64,000 nt of DNA from the human T2T-CHM13v2.0 reference genome, Homo sapiens. Where the stretch lies: NCBI RefSeq assembly GCF_009914755.1, contig NC_060934.1; one strand, given 5' to 3'. The notes under the pieces are model-generated. The model worked only from the letters and a program-made list of their open reading frames with translations. It was not told the DNA's origin and ran no database searches. Position numbers and translations under genes: made by a program. This document shows, piece by piece, positions 26,690 through 40,374 of this stretch. The number at the start of each line of letters is the position of its first letter. Position 1 is the first letter of the stretch.

Positions 26690-29050
26690 GGAAATTGAAT
26701 TTAAAATGTCTTTGTTATTAATTTATAGAGTTTTAAAAATATATTTTGGGTACAAGTCCTCTGTTGACTATATGGGTTGTAAGTATCTCATCCTACTCTG
26801 AAGGTTGCCTTGGATGAACAAAATTCTTAAATTTTAGTAAAGATTGATTTATCACATTTTTGTCCTTTTATGGACAGTGGTATTTGTGTCTATTTTTAGG
26901 GGGAAATTTTTTCTCCCTATCCCAAGATCTCAAGTACATATTATTATGTTCTCCTCCAAATAGTTTTACTTTTTACATGTCGCATTTAGATCTGAAGTCC
27001 ATCTGGAATTGATATTTGTGTTTAGTGAAAGAGCATGGTCTAGTTCCATTATTTTTGCCAATACCAATAGTTATTCTATGCCCAGGACATTTTTTGAAAA
27101 GACCATTGTTTCCTCCAAGGAACTTCAGTGTCACCTTTGCCATAAATATATGTGAGTTTGATTCTGGACTCTTATGCATTCTACTGTTTCACTCAGATCT
27201 GCTCTACTGTACTTCCTGATATCTGGTAGTATACTACATTCGGCAGTAGAATGTTTTCCAATTTTATTTTTCTTCTTCAAGATTGTTGTAATTATTCTAG
27301 ACTTTTTGCATTTCTGGATGATTTTTAGAATTGGTTTGTCAATTTACTCTCCCCACTTGGTAATAATAATTTTTTTTATGAAACCTGACTCTTGACAATA
27401 AGTGTGATATATTCTTTCATTAATTTAGGTCTAATTTAATTCTTCAGTAAAGTTCTTACTTTTGGTATAGAAATCCTTTGCATCTTTGTAAGTATTTCAT
27501 ATTTTTGATGTTATTATAAATTACATCTAAAATTTAATTTTGGATTTTTGTTGTTGTTGGTATAGACAGACAATTGACTTCCATAGATTAACTTTATCTC
27601 CAAAGATCTTACTAAAGTCACTTACTAATGCTAATATAATTAATCAAATAATTCTAACAGATTTTCTCTACAATCTCTTGAATTTTCTAGGTAAACAAGA
27701 TCATATTATCTGCAAATAATAATTTGATTTATTCCTTTTCAATTCTTAAACTCTTTATTTATTTTTCTTGCTTTATTGCACTGCCTCCAGTACAATGTTG
27801 AATAAAAGTGATGTAGCAGCACCGCTTGTTTCTAATTGCAAGAATAAATTTTCCATTATTTTGCAATGGAGTATAATTTTAACCAGAGATTTTGTAGATT
27901 CTTTATCTGATTAAGCAAATTCCCATCTATTTCTAATTTGCTAGGAATTTTTTAACTCATTAGTGGACATTGAATTTAATACATACTTTTTCTGCAACTA
28001 TCAAGGTGATCATATAATTTTTCTCCTTTTTCTATTAAAGCAATTGGTTGCATTTTTTGATTTTGTGTTGGCAAAGCATGCATGCATACCCAGAATTGTT
28101 CATCTAGTCATAAAGTATTATCTTGTTTATGTTGTTGGACTGTACTTGCTAATATTTAGTTCAGAATATTTGAATCTATATTCGTAAGAGTGATTGGCCT
28201 GTAGTTTCCCTGTTTCCTAATATCCTTGTCAGACTTCAGAATCAATAGTATGCTGACTTCATAAAAAGCATTAGGACATGTTCCCATCTGTTACCGCACT
28301 TCTATGGAAGAGTTTGTTGCAAAACTGTTATATTTCTACCTTCAATGTATGTAAGTATTCACAGGTGAAGCCATCTGTTGCCAGGGATTTCTTTCCGGAA
28401 AGAAAGATTCAATTTTATGTATATCAGAATATTCATATATCAGCATATTCAGAACTTATGTATGTCATAATTTACAGATATCTATAATATGTATAAGGAT
28501 GATCCTTTTTATTCTGCAACTTGTGTTTCCCTCTCTTTTTATCTTTATCAGTTTTCCGAGGTTTAGTCAGTTTTATTAATCTTAAATCGCTCTTAGGTTT
28601 GTTGATTGTTTTTCCACAGTATGCTTGTTTTTTTTTTTGATATATGCTCTTATATTTATTATTTATTTCCTTTTCCTTTCCATGGGCTTGCCTTATGCTT
28701 TTTCACTTTTTGAAATACAATTTTAAATAATGGATTTCAGGATTTTTCTTTTCTATTATGTGCATTTAATGCTATATATTTTTATGTAAGTACTTATTTT
28801 CATCCCATAAATATTGGTAAGTAGCCTTCATTATAATTTAGATTAAAACATTTTCTAATGTCCCTTCTGGATTTTTTTCTTGGATCCATAGAATATTTAG
28901 AATTGTATTAACTTCCATATATTTGGGGTTTTTATAATTATCTTTCTGTTGTCAATTTCTAGCTTAATTCCATCGTTGTTTAAAAACATACCATAATTAA
29001 TTTCAACCTTTTGTCAGAGCATATAGCCATTATGTAAAGTACTTTTACCC
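26690..29050 (-). mobile_element. Old L1M ORF2 fragment
   Basis: Antisense L1 motifs (atcatattatctgcaaataat, cctccagtacaatgttgaata). Confidence 0.75.
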
Positions 29051-29139
29051 TTTTAACCTTCATTTAGTCTAAGTTCTGCCTGAAAACTTATATTTAATGT
29101 TCACCCCCAATCTCATTGTCAATTTATATCCAGGCATTT

Positions 29140-30105
29140 TGTATCATGGGATCTTGTTTTGATTTGCATCTCCCTAATGAAAAATACTGTTGATCTCTTT
29201 TCATATGCTTATTTACCATTTGTGCATCTTCTTTGGTGAGATGTCTCTTCAGTTCTTTTGCTCAGTTTTTATTTATGTTGCTTTCTCGTTGTTGAGTTTC
29301 AAGAGTTTCTTCTGCATTTTGACTCTCAGTTCTTTATCAGATATGAATATTTTACAAATATTTTCTTTCGATCTGTGGCTTGTCTTTTCATTTTATTAAC
29401 AGTCTCTTTGACAGAGGATAGGTTTTTAAATTTAATAAAGTCCAACTTAAGTTTTTCTTTCTTTCATGAATCATGCTTTCGGTATTTTATCTAAAAACTC
29501 ATCACCAAACCAAGGTTCCTAGATTTTTCTCCTATATTTACATCTGGATATTTATAATTTTGTATTTTACATTTAGATATATGATCCGTTTTGAATTAAT
29601 TTTTGTGAATGGGGCTAAGGTTCATGCCTAGGTTTACATCTTTCTTACAGATGTTAGTTGTCCAAGCCTTTTGTTGAGTAAATCTTTTCTCCATCAAATT
29701 GTCTTTGCTCCTTTGCCAAAGAACAGTTGATTACATTTGCATGAGTCTATTTCTGGGTTTTCTATTCTGTTCCATTGATCCATGTGTCTATCTATTCTTC
29801 CACTAATCCCATGCTTTCTTGATTAGTACAGCTTCATTGTAAATCTTGAATTCAGATAGTATGGATCTTTCAAGTTTGTTCTTCTTCAGTATTGTGTTAG
29901 CTGCCCTAGGTATTTTGCCTTTCAATATAAGCTTTAAAGTCAGTTTGTCAACAACTACAATGTAATTTCCTGAAATTTTTAATGGGATTGCATTTATAGG
30001 CCAAAACGGGAAGTATTGCTATGTTAAGAATATCGTATGTTCCAATCTATGAACATAGAACATTTCCTTATTTATTTAGATATTCTTTTATTTCTTTTGT
30101 CAGAG
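29140..30105 (-). mobile_element. L1MB/MC-type ORF2 3' fragment
   Basis: ttgttttgatttgcatctccctaatga; gtctatttctgggttttctattctgttccattgatc. Confidence 0.8.
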
Positions 30106-30289
30106 GGAAATTGTCAGCTTATCTCAGAGATTTTCTCCCATCTGGAATTTTGGCTCATATACTTTCTCTTATTTCCATAGCTCTCTGACAGGTATTTAAA
30201 TATTATTGATAAGAATTTATCTGTTTTTTTTCTAGTTGCTGCAGCTGGAGTGTTGATCAACCCAGAAGCAGGTTAAGGAGCCATTTGTA

Positions 30290-32520
30290 TTTACTTTGGG
30301 GACTTATATTTCCATTTAAAAACATATACACAAATATATATACATATATATGTGTGTGTATATATATTTACCTACCTACCCCTTTCTTCAGTAAACAATG
30401 GCACACTATATGCATTTTTTCTGCAAATTGTTTCTTCCCCACTTTGTAGTAATTCCTGGAGTTCATTTCACATTATATGTAAATATTCCTCACTTCTTTT
30501 TACAAGTGGATGTACCATAGTGTGTTCACTAGTTGTTTCCAGTCTTTTGATAGAGAGTACAACTTTGAAAACCTTGTTTAAAGGTTTTAATTTCCTGGCA
30601 ATAAAAACCATTACATTTTTAAAATAAATCTATTTTTATTGCTCAAGAAATTTTGTTTGTATTTTTTCTGTTCTTTGAAATGTATAGAAGTATTCTTGTG
30701 GCCTACCATATGGTCAATTTTCATGTGTACTTGAAAAATTGGAATATTGTCTGTTTTAAGAGTTCAGAGTCAGAGATCGATCAATAAATTCTAGTTTATT
30801 AAGTGTTTTTTTGATTAGATCTGTTTTGAAGTGGCAAAGTAAGTTAAAATATCTACTATTCATGTGATCCTGTTTTCTTTTGCATCTACTGAAGTTTCTG
30901 CTTTTTTAACATTGCTATTTTGTTGTAAGATTCAAGAATATGAGTAACCATTATGTATTCATTGTGAATTACATGGCCATTACATAAGATATCCTTTGTT
31001 GTTTCTTTTAATCCTTTTTATATGAATTTTACTTCATCAGGTATCAGGATTGTGACTTTTATTTTCTTTTTGTTTACATTTGGCTAATATGTTTTTGCCC
31101 ATTAATTTTGTTGTTGTTGTTGTTAACACTCAGAATTTCTTTGTTTTAGGTGTGTCTTTTGTATACAACTCATTATTTGATTTAGTTTTGTTAGCCAACC
31201 TAAAAATCTGTAACTTATGTCATTCTACATTTGTGTAAGATATATGTCATATTATTTATTTCATGTCCCATACTGTTGATTGTATATGTGTTTATGACTT
31301 TTATTATCTGGCCAGTTTCTTACCCCTTTTCTCCTTGACTAATACAATACTGATACTCAGGGGTATTTTTCCATTTTTTAATTTTACTGCTTTGGTTTTC
31401 TTCTTTGGAGACTCCTATCAGCATAGATCACATTTTTGTTGCTTATCTTCTGTATCTGTCACTTTCTCTCACATAATTTTTATACATTCATTTCTTCCCA
31501 TCTTCTTCTCCTAAGGCATAACCTATGATAGTTCCTTATCCTTGTGTTTCTTCTAGTTTTGTATTTGTTTCTGAAATAAAATTAGTATTTAATTCTGAAA
31601 CAAAACATTTGTTTTATTTCTAATTATTTCCTGACTTCTGGTAGCTGTCTTTTAAAATCTTTTTTTGAATTATCTAATATCTAAGTTTTCCTTAATCTTG
31701 ACTTATACTATTATTTTATATCATCTATCATTTTCTTAATATTTTTAGCAAAATTGTATTATTAAGTTGGATCATTTACCTATTTTATGGAGTTGTTAAT
31801 TATCTGTGAAGACATTATTTGGTTTCTTATTTCCTTTTCTAAAAATATAACTTTCTGTGTAAGATTTGACACCACTTCTTTTCTACTTCTTCTATTTAAG
31901 TGAGATGAGTTTTACTCTTACAAGGAAAGGTAGGCACTGGGATGATTTCTTTAAGTCCTTAATACAAAAGCTCTTTCATCTACAGTTTCTGCCAACAGTT
32001 TGAAACTTTGCACGACTTTCTGGTTTTCTTCCCCTGTCCCGCTCTTCTATTTGAATCTTGTCTTTCCTTTGACCCTTTTGTCCCTTTTCTCCTTGATTTT
32101 GATTGTACTCCTTGGTTCAAGCTCATCTTGGAAGGGAATATTTTCATTGATCTGAGACTGCACAGGACCCAGAGCCCTTCATCAGCCATGTGACGTTCCT
32201 ATGGCCTCTTAACTCATCCTTGGATTAGAACCTGCAAAGGACCCTTCCCACTTTTGTTGGATGGCTTCAGAATACCCTATGACTCATCCAGTAACATCTG
32301 TTTATAATTGAGGGAGTTTCTAGTTGTAAAAGTTATTAGAAGTCCCTTTGCCCTCCTTCTACTATCACAAATGCTGCTCTAATGACAGAAGAATCTTGCC
32401 GCATTTGGCAGTTTGTCCTGACCCACTAGTATTCTGAGACATGTGGGGATATCTTCTCACAAAATATTGGGATAGAAGCTGTCTGAGGCATTTTGGTTTT
32501 TCTGTCCTGGGCGTCCAATG
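30290..32520 (-). mobile_element. Very old L1 fragments (mixed)
   Basis: T-rich degenerate antisense L1-like motifs (ggcctaccatatggtcaattttcatgtgtacttgaaaa). Confidence 0.5.
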
Positions 32521-33339
32521 GCTATTCAGATGAATGACCCAATACACTGCACTCACAAAGTCCTAACCTCTACAGTTCTCTAGGAGTCTCAGCTCCATCC
32601 CACTTCAGGTGTTTACACCAATGGCAAAACCTGTTTAACATCCAGAAAGTCTTTGTGGCTGAAGTTGCAAATTAGATGTGATATTTGCATCTTTCTCACT
32701 CTCTAGCATCCGCACTCCCTCCACAGCTGTGGTTTAAGCTTTCAGAGACCACCAGGCTGCTGTTCTTTCCATGTTCTCCTAGTTAGTCTTCTTTCTCTCT
32801 CCCTCTCTCCCGCCCCTCCTTCCTTTCCTTCATTCTTGCTCTCAATCTCTCTTTTAAACTGGCTTAATTTATTATTTTTCCAACTTGAGCCTTCATGATC
32901 CTCATGATCACCTGATTTTTTTAATCACCATTGTCCCCATGTCTCTTGTATGACTGTCCTATTGATGAATTAATTCATCCAGTATCAGTCCTATCTGGAT
33001 CAATCCCTATCTCATCTGTAGCTTTACACTGAGGCTACAGATCAAGGTTAGGCTGGAAATTCCATGAAAGATATAGCTACCTTTTGTCCCCAATAACTGA
33101 CATAAAGCTGGACACATCAAGGATGCTAAACAATTATCCGCTGGATGATGAAGACTATTTCACAGCATAGATAAAGGCCATCGTGCAGATGTGGCCTCCA
33201 CCTCAGCTGGTGTCTCACATCTGTACTGTTATTGCTTTTTGTTTGCTTTTGGTCTGTTTCATCTTTTGTTTTTCTCAGTAGTTATTTTAAACTTTCAGTT
33301 TTAAAGTAAGTCTCTTACCAATGACTCATTATCAAGCAA

Positions 33340-33695
33340 TCTTATTTATTTATTTTTCTACTTATTAATTCTACCAAGTGCCAGAAACTATGTTTGGCAC
33401 TGGGGGCCCAGTGGTGAGCCAAGGCAGACATGGTTTACACCTTCATGGAGTTACAATTTAATGGGGGAGACAAACCTTAATCAATTAATCAAGTGAAAAT
33501 TGCAATTACAGTAAGTGCTCTGAAGGAAAGAGACTTAGCGTTATGAGACCAACAAACAAGCTGACCTAGGTAGGAACATTCCAGAAGCCTTCTCTGCAGA
33601 GCTCCAACAGGTATGTTGAAATTAACCAGAGGGAGGCGGGAGAGTAGCAGAGAGCATTGCATCTAAGTCAAGTAGCACTATCAAGGCCCTGGAGA
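33340..33695 (-). mobile_element. L2 3' fragment
   Basis: ctaccaagtgccagaaactatgtttggcactggg...ccttcatggagttacaatttaatggggagacaa. Confidence 0.75.
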
Positions 33696-34939
33696 TTTTC
33701 TTCCATTCACATGCCTAACGGAGATTAAAATATGCAGTCCAAGGATGCCAGTTACCTCTTTCCCTGGTCTATCCATTAGTCTCTCCTAGCCTTGGTGATA
33801 GGAATCTGTCCTGAGAGATGGGTACTTCTCCAAGCCTGTTTGCCTCACCTTATCCCCTCTGATTTCACCACACCTTTTTTCCCTAACATCTATAGTAACT
33901 AAACAGATTTGGCTTTGTAAAACTCCATGTACCTCTCCAGGCCTCAGTTTTCCCACTTATCACATGCAAGGTTTAGATGAAGGGGGCTCCATGGCCATTC
34001 TCAGCCTCCACAGCCTCTGAAGGAGTTCTCTTCACTGGCTGGAAGGCCATGCCCATTTACATAATAGCCCACAGAGAAGGGGCGTCACTGTCTCATGCAG
34101 ATCTGCCACCAAAGCCCTTTGCATTGCATCATGGGTCTCCTCTGGGCCTACAGCCCCAAAGTCCTCATGACACCTCATTCTTTCCTAGAAGTACAGGACA
34201 AATCTGGTATCAACCGAAATCTGCCAAATATATGCCCTTTTGGGCAGTGGGAAGTGAAAGAGGCCTCTTGGGTACAACTTACTAAACTGAGGGACACACT
34301 GGAGTCAGGCAGAAGAAGACAAACAAAGAAAGGAGTTGTGAGACTCTCCCCCGGGGCCTATGAAGGCACATCCAGGGCTGGCCTTGTCCATCAGCTTCTT
34401 GGGTTTTCACGATTAATCCCCCGGTTAAAACACCACCATCTATGTTAAAACAAACAGCACTATTGCCAGGTATCATTTGCCCGGCAACAAAAGCAAAGCA
34501 GCTACTGCTGTGTGTTAATTGATTCCAGGGAACAAACATTGTACCCACTTTTCCTTAGGATTGAGGACTGAGGTCACAGGCAACTGGGAAAACCTTTTTT
34601 GGCACCATGGAGTTTAACCAGGAGGAAAAGCTTTGCATTTCTGAGTGTTCAAGACCCTTTGTCCCCAGGTCCCTTTTCCATCCCCACTTCCCCTCATGTG
34701 CTCCCCGGTCCCCATCATGCACATGTACGTCGTGGCTTGGCCCTCAGGTGCCCAGTCCCTTCCTCATGCTAGTCCATGCTCCATGCATTTCCTCCCACTC
34801 TCTCTCTCTCTCAGTGACCATCTTTATGTCTCTTTCCCTGATCTTACCCAGGCCTCCAATCACTCTTAGACCTCACGTCTCTCTCACTTTTTACTTCTAC
34901 CACATTTTATTCATCACACAAAAAAAGCCTCGCCTTTTT

Positions 34940-35085
34940 ATGTAGTGGTTCACTGTTTACACATCTGTCTCCCCGACCAGACATTGATCTTGTCAAGGGC
35001 AGGAATCATACCATGTCTTTTCTCCTCCACACTTAGCGCTAGACCCAGGACGTCATGATCAGAGTTGAATATTTGCTGAATTGGA
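34940..35085 (+). mobile_element. L2 3' end
   Basis: tctgtctccccgaccagac...aagggcaggaatc...gaatatttgctgaat. Confidence 0.65.
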
Positions 35086-35496
35086 TCATTCTTACTCCTT
35101 CAGCCTGGGAAATGGTTCAGGAGCAGCTGCTCCCTTAGTGCATAGATGGTGTTTTGGAAAAGATCAGCCGACAGGCCTGCTGCACTGTGTCCAGCTATAG
35201 GCTCTTTGGGACCCCCTGACCCAAATGTGGAGCCAGAGCCCACAACTCAAAGCCCAGCTCTCGCCCAGGATGCAGCTCAAATCCTAGCATGGGCCCCTCT
35301 GAGGCTACTAGGCTTATTCCTGAATCTCTGGTTCTTAAAGAGCATCTCAATGCTGCTTCAAACGGAATGGCCTCTGCAGATGGAGCGGCAGGACAAGAAG
35401 TGAAGGAGGTTTTCCAAGCCCTAGACAGAGTCGTTATTGTAGAGGAAGGAGCCTACCTTCAGTCCCTGCTCAGGTGCCAAGAGGCTGATTGTTGGG

Positions 35497-35596
35497 AGGG
35501 GGCTGTGTCGTGGAGGGTGAGGACGGGGGGAGGGTCGTGGGGTCCTAGGGGGCTGTGTCGTGGAGGGTGAGGATGGGGGGAGTGTTGTGGGGTCCT
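35497..35596. repeat. Two tandem copies of a 50-bp G-rich unit
   Basis: 35497-35546 and 35547-35596 differ at 3 positions. Confidence 0.95.
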
Positions 35597-36259
35597 CATG
35601 CAAGTTATTCTGCTCCCCTGGACTCCAGATCTGTCATCTGTAAAAGAACAGTCTTGCTTCCTAAAATTCTAAGATTCTAAATGAAATAATTATATTTTCA
35701 TATGTAAAGCTGAGATAACTTCTGTCCTGATCCACTTATTGTAAGATGACGTTTTCTTGGACCAGAAAGCATATCCAAAATAAACCCACTCACCGGCTTG
35801 CAGTCCATATTGCCAGAAGCAGGTGAGAGAGCACCCTGTCTCCCAGGTGTAGAAAGTCCAGAGCCTCCCGGGCCTGGATTTTCAGCAGTGTTAAAATCTT
35901 TAGGGCTTAAGCCCACTTATTTGCATCTAAAAATGGAGACTTCCTGTTCTGCAGCATCCTGAATTTCTGATAGACTCCCACAAAAGACAGTGAGATAAAT
36001 TTATTAAAAAGAGCCCAAAGTTCACAGATTCAATCTCCCTATAGGCATGCACACCTGTTCATAACCTTGAAGGAGAGCCAATATAAAGGAAATTCTAGTC
36101 AGAATTTATGAAAGCAAAACTTTTAAGAACTATTTTTGAAACATTTGTTGAATTCAAAGCTGTAAATATATTGACCCCAGTGCACTCTTTACTTGTATCT
36201 TTTTCTGAAAACAAAAGGTTTACGGAGGTTGTTCTCTATTTAAGCCCTAAATGTTATGT

Positions 36260-37400
36260 AAATTTTCAATCAACACATATTTATGAAGCATCTACCCTAG
36301 GCTAGGCCCTCTGTTGGGTGCAGGGGATACAGAAATACTCAGGAAACCTGTAGAATGGGGAAGGATAAAGCAGGGAAGACTAAGAGGTCGAGAGTGCCAT
36401 CCTAGGGGTATGTCTAGGGGCAGGAGCCAGGGTCAGAGGCAGCAAAGCTTCTGGAAAGAACTCACAATGGCTTTAAAGGATAAAGGCAAAGGAGTAGGGG
36501 TTTGCCAGGTAGAGAAACAGAACAGCATCTCAAGGAGAATAAACAGACCAGACAAGGCACAGAAATACGAAGTAGTGAGTGTCTTCAGAGAAGATTGAAC
36601 AGGCTGGGAGAGAAGAGAGATGAAATGAACCACTGAAAAGGCCAAAATAGGAAGGGTTGAAAATCCTAGACTAATGTGTTAGGAACAGATCCTCTGGACA
36701 ATGGGGAGACAAGCCAGGATTTTAAGCGATTACACGTTCAGACTTGCCTGTGGAAAGGTCTCTCTGCAGCTGTGCAGGAGATGAATGAGAAGGCAAGATG
36801 TCCATTGCACAAAACCAAAGAGGAAGCTTCTGCAATCATTGGGTGGAACAGGGTGAAGGTAACAGTAATGGACTAGAGAGAAAAAGATGAAGCAAGAAAC
36901 ACATAGGAGTAAGGATGCCCATGCCCTGAGGGATGGAGAGTGAGGAATAGGATGGATTCAAAAATATTTTACAAAGCTTCATTTGAATGATGGAGTTTAT
37001 AATGGTAATAATATAAGCAGTTGACCAATATTTATAGTATTTACTATGTACCAACTATAATTTTAAGAACTTTACACATATAAACTCACTTAAGCTTCAC
37101 CAAACTTATAAGTAGGTACCATATTACTATTTTACAGATGAGAAAGCTGAGGCACAGAGGGATAAGTAACTTGTCCTTGTTCACACAGTAAGTGGTAGAC
37201 CCAGGATTCAAACCCAGGCGGTGTGGCTCCAAAAGCTATAGGTTAGTCATTTTCCATGCATTGGATTGAACAGGATATACATTACAGGAGGAGATGCAAA
37301 CTGAAGACAAAGTATGAGTTCAGCTTTGGGTAAGTGAGATCGAGGTGCTTTTTCACCTAGGAGTACATGTGTTGGGGCTACTGGGAATGCCACAGAGCTT
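36260..37400 (-). mobile_element. L2 fragment, interrupted by MIR
   Basis: tcaatcaacacatatttatgaagcatctac tail and purine-rich L2 body (gagttcagctttggg). Confidence 0.65.
37010..37240 (-). mobile_element. MIR SINE
   Basis: ttttacagatgagaaagctgaggcacagagggataagtaacttgtcc...ggattcaaacccagg. Confidence 0.9.
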
Positions 37401-37449
37401 CCATGGCTGCAGAGATACCGGTGCATGGGAGCCTGGCAGTTCCACAGAG

Positions 37450-37635
37450 GCAGTACAGTATGGCCCAGCGAAACCAGCCCAGCTCCCACTCTGCCAGTTA
37501 CTATCTGGGTCAAATCACCTCATGTTCCTGGACCAGTTTCCTCATCTATGAAGTGGTCATAATCATACTACTTCATGATACAGTGAAGATTAAATAAGAC
37601 AACTTATATAAAGCTCTAGGGCTTGGTACATAAAC
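37450..37635 (+). mobile_element. MIR SINE
   Basis: caaatcacctcatgttcctggaccagtttcctcatctatgaagtgg. Confidence 0.75.
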
Positions 37636-38530
37636 GTGACATATTTTAAATCCCTTCCTAGACCCTGTCCCTGCCTAATGTGGTACTTTACAGAAAGTGA
37701 CAGGAAAAACCTCACCACCCTATGTGACTTCTCTGTAGTTAAGAAATGTGTGTGGTCACAACTATCTCCTCAAAGCCAGGAGAAGCTAGAGTTTGCTTTA
37801 GAAATAATTCAAAGCCTGCACTTTCTGCTTCCTAACACTAGACCAATGCACAGGGTGGCCTGCTCTGTAATGGCTTCATTTCCTGATGTTCACAGGGGAC
37901 CTACATGCCTGCCTGGCATCACCACCAGGCCCTGAGGCCATAAAGATGACCCTGGGGAGAGACAGGACATTTCCATCTATGGCAGGTAAAGGACCAAAAG
38001 CATGCAAGAACGGGTGCCTCAGAAACAGCTCTTTACCAGGTGTGTGTCGAGCTAGAGCAAGCTCGACAGATACTTTCTATAGAATAGAAAGTCTCATGCT
38101 CCACTGTCTCCCACAGAAAGGTCAACCAGCTACTACCTACAAATGGGAACATCTTTTTACAAACCTCAGAACTTAGAGACAAGCCTGAGACACTTAATGG
38201 TCCACAGAACTGAATGAAATCTGAATTAAAAGGGTAGAAAGAACGGTCTTACTCTGATCGTGCCACCCTCCACCTGAAATCAGCACAGAGAGGAGATGGA
38301 TGTCAAATGGAGATGATTCCCCTGGGGCCAAGTTTCTACATGGGGGGAAGAGAATGAGAGGCAGTCATCCAGCTTCCCTAGCATTCTGAGACAGTTCCAG
38401 GAAGCCCACTTCAATCTCAACTCACAATAACACTGGGAGTAATGGCATAGCTAGACCGCTTAGGGTCAGGCAGAAACAAAGAAAGGAGGCAGAAGTTATA
38501 GTGATGTTGGTGATACCTCTGTGTTCCTGA

Positions 38531-40374
38531 TGTCACAGGATCCTTAGGGTGTTGCTTCTCCAGCCAGAAACCTCTGTGGCCAGGGGAGCCTCTGCTTGAG
38601 CTTTGCTTGTGCCCACTGGGCTCGTTCCACCCACTCAGCCCAGCAGGCTTCACTCAGCTCAAACTACTGGCTTGGATCTCATGCCTGCCAAGGGCGAGCC
38701 AGGAGCAGAGCAGCAAGGAGTGTGTAAGCGAGCAAGTGTGGGATCTGGCCACTGCACATAGCCAGGCACACTGGCTGCTGTGGCAGGGCGGGCAGCTCCA
38801 GGTGCCAGCAGAGATGCTGCTCCATGTAAGACTGTGGCTGGACTAATGTACCACAAGTGGCTTCTGCTGAGGACACCCACAGCTGGACAAAGGGATTGCA
38901 GTGGTGTCTGAAAGCTTAGAGATGCCAGGAACCACAGAGTCTCAAAGAGAGTGTTATAGCATGTCACAGTCCTGGCTCAGGGAGCCCTAAGGTCTGGGTC
39001 CCCAGAAGGGCCACGGCTCTTCTCTCCTTCTTGTCATCCACAGCATGGTGAGTGGGGGGTGGGGAGGGGGAGTGGGGGGAGAGGGAGAGGGAGGGGGAGA
39101 GGGAGGGGGAGGGTGTGTTTCAGGGAAGGTGTGTTTCACCCTGTTTGTGTTACAGCTCTTACAGTCCCACCACCCTGCTCTGGCCTGTGGATCCTGGGCT
39201 GGCCTGGCCCCACTGCTACTTCCTGTCACATGGGGTGGCTGCCTGGCACCAGCAGAGGGCAAGAGGGCTATAGTGTTACAGTAGCTCTGGCTCAGGGAAT
39301 CCTAAGCTCTGAGCCCCCAGAAGGGTCACCACTCTTCACTCCTGCAGTCTGGGAGCATGCCACTGCCCACAGCTTGGTGAGCTGGCCAGGAACATGCTAC
39401 AGCTTCTTTCACTCCCACCACTTGTCAAGTCCCAAGTTCTTGTCCTGTGTCCAGGAAGAATGAGGTTACACTGACAACTGGAAGGTGAGGAAAGAGGAGA
39501 CGAACTTTATTGAGAAACAGAACAGCTCTCAGGAGACCCGAAGTGGGTAGCCCTTTTGCAGGCAGGTTGTCCCCACAGGTGTATGAGTCTGGCTGAGTCT
39601 GGGGTTTTATGTGCTCAGAATGGAGGAAGTGCATGCTGATTGGTCCACGGGCAGCCATGGGTGGGCCTGGGAAAAGCACCATCCAGTTGGCGAAAAGGCA
39701 TCAAAGAAGTTCTCAATCCAGGTTGAAGGTTCCACCCAGAACTGGCAGCCTGGCCCCCAGGCTTCAAGCCATTCCTGGCTTGAAGGTGGGGTTTCACCAG
39801 GGACCTGACTCTTCCCACCTAGGAACCTGTCTGCCTTCCATCAACAAGTCATCTGTGGTGCCCAGGCTGTCTGTGCTGTTGGGCACTCATGGGCCCACTA
39901 AAAGATGCCCTCAGCCCCTGGTCTCCCTCCCATGCTTGTCAGTGCCCAAAGTCCAGAGGGGGTAGAGGCAGCAGAAGGCTGATGTGTTAGTGCCACCCTG
40001 AGTGCATGCACACCTGGCCAGGTCATGACAGTGCCTGGGCTAGGCCACAGCTTTGCTCCATACCTGAGCAGATGTGAGGAGTAGGGAGAGGCCAAGGAGT
40101 GGGAGCAGGCATTTCCAAGCCTGTGGGACCATGGGGCTTCTCAGGCCTCCAAAAGCACAGGGATGCCCAGGTCTGGAGCCACAGCTGGGCAGCTGCAGCT
40201 GCACCTGGGAGCATGGATTCCCACCCTGCCAACTTGGTAGGGTGTGGGGCTCCAGCTGGGATCATCTGTTCCCATCCCTACCAGCTCCACAGAACACTCA
40301 TCCCCGGCTGTGCCTCCCCCACTGCAGCTTGAGTCCTCTCAGTGGCTGCTCCAGACAGGCTTCTGCTGCCATCA
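38531..40374 (-). mobile_element. MER52 (MER52A-like) ERV1 solo LTR, 1844 bp
   Basis: TG...CA termini (tgtcacaggatcc / ctgctgccatca) with perfect 4-bp TSD CTGA (38527-38530, 40375-40378); GC-rich body. Confidence 0.9.

Noticed and set aside
35289-35570. ORF segment EVKEVFQALDRVVIVEE superficially like a parvalbumin/EF-hand helix
   Set aside because: Lacks the DxDxSG calcium loop and any further similarity, and the ORF runs into a tandem repeat
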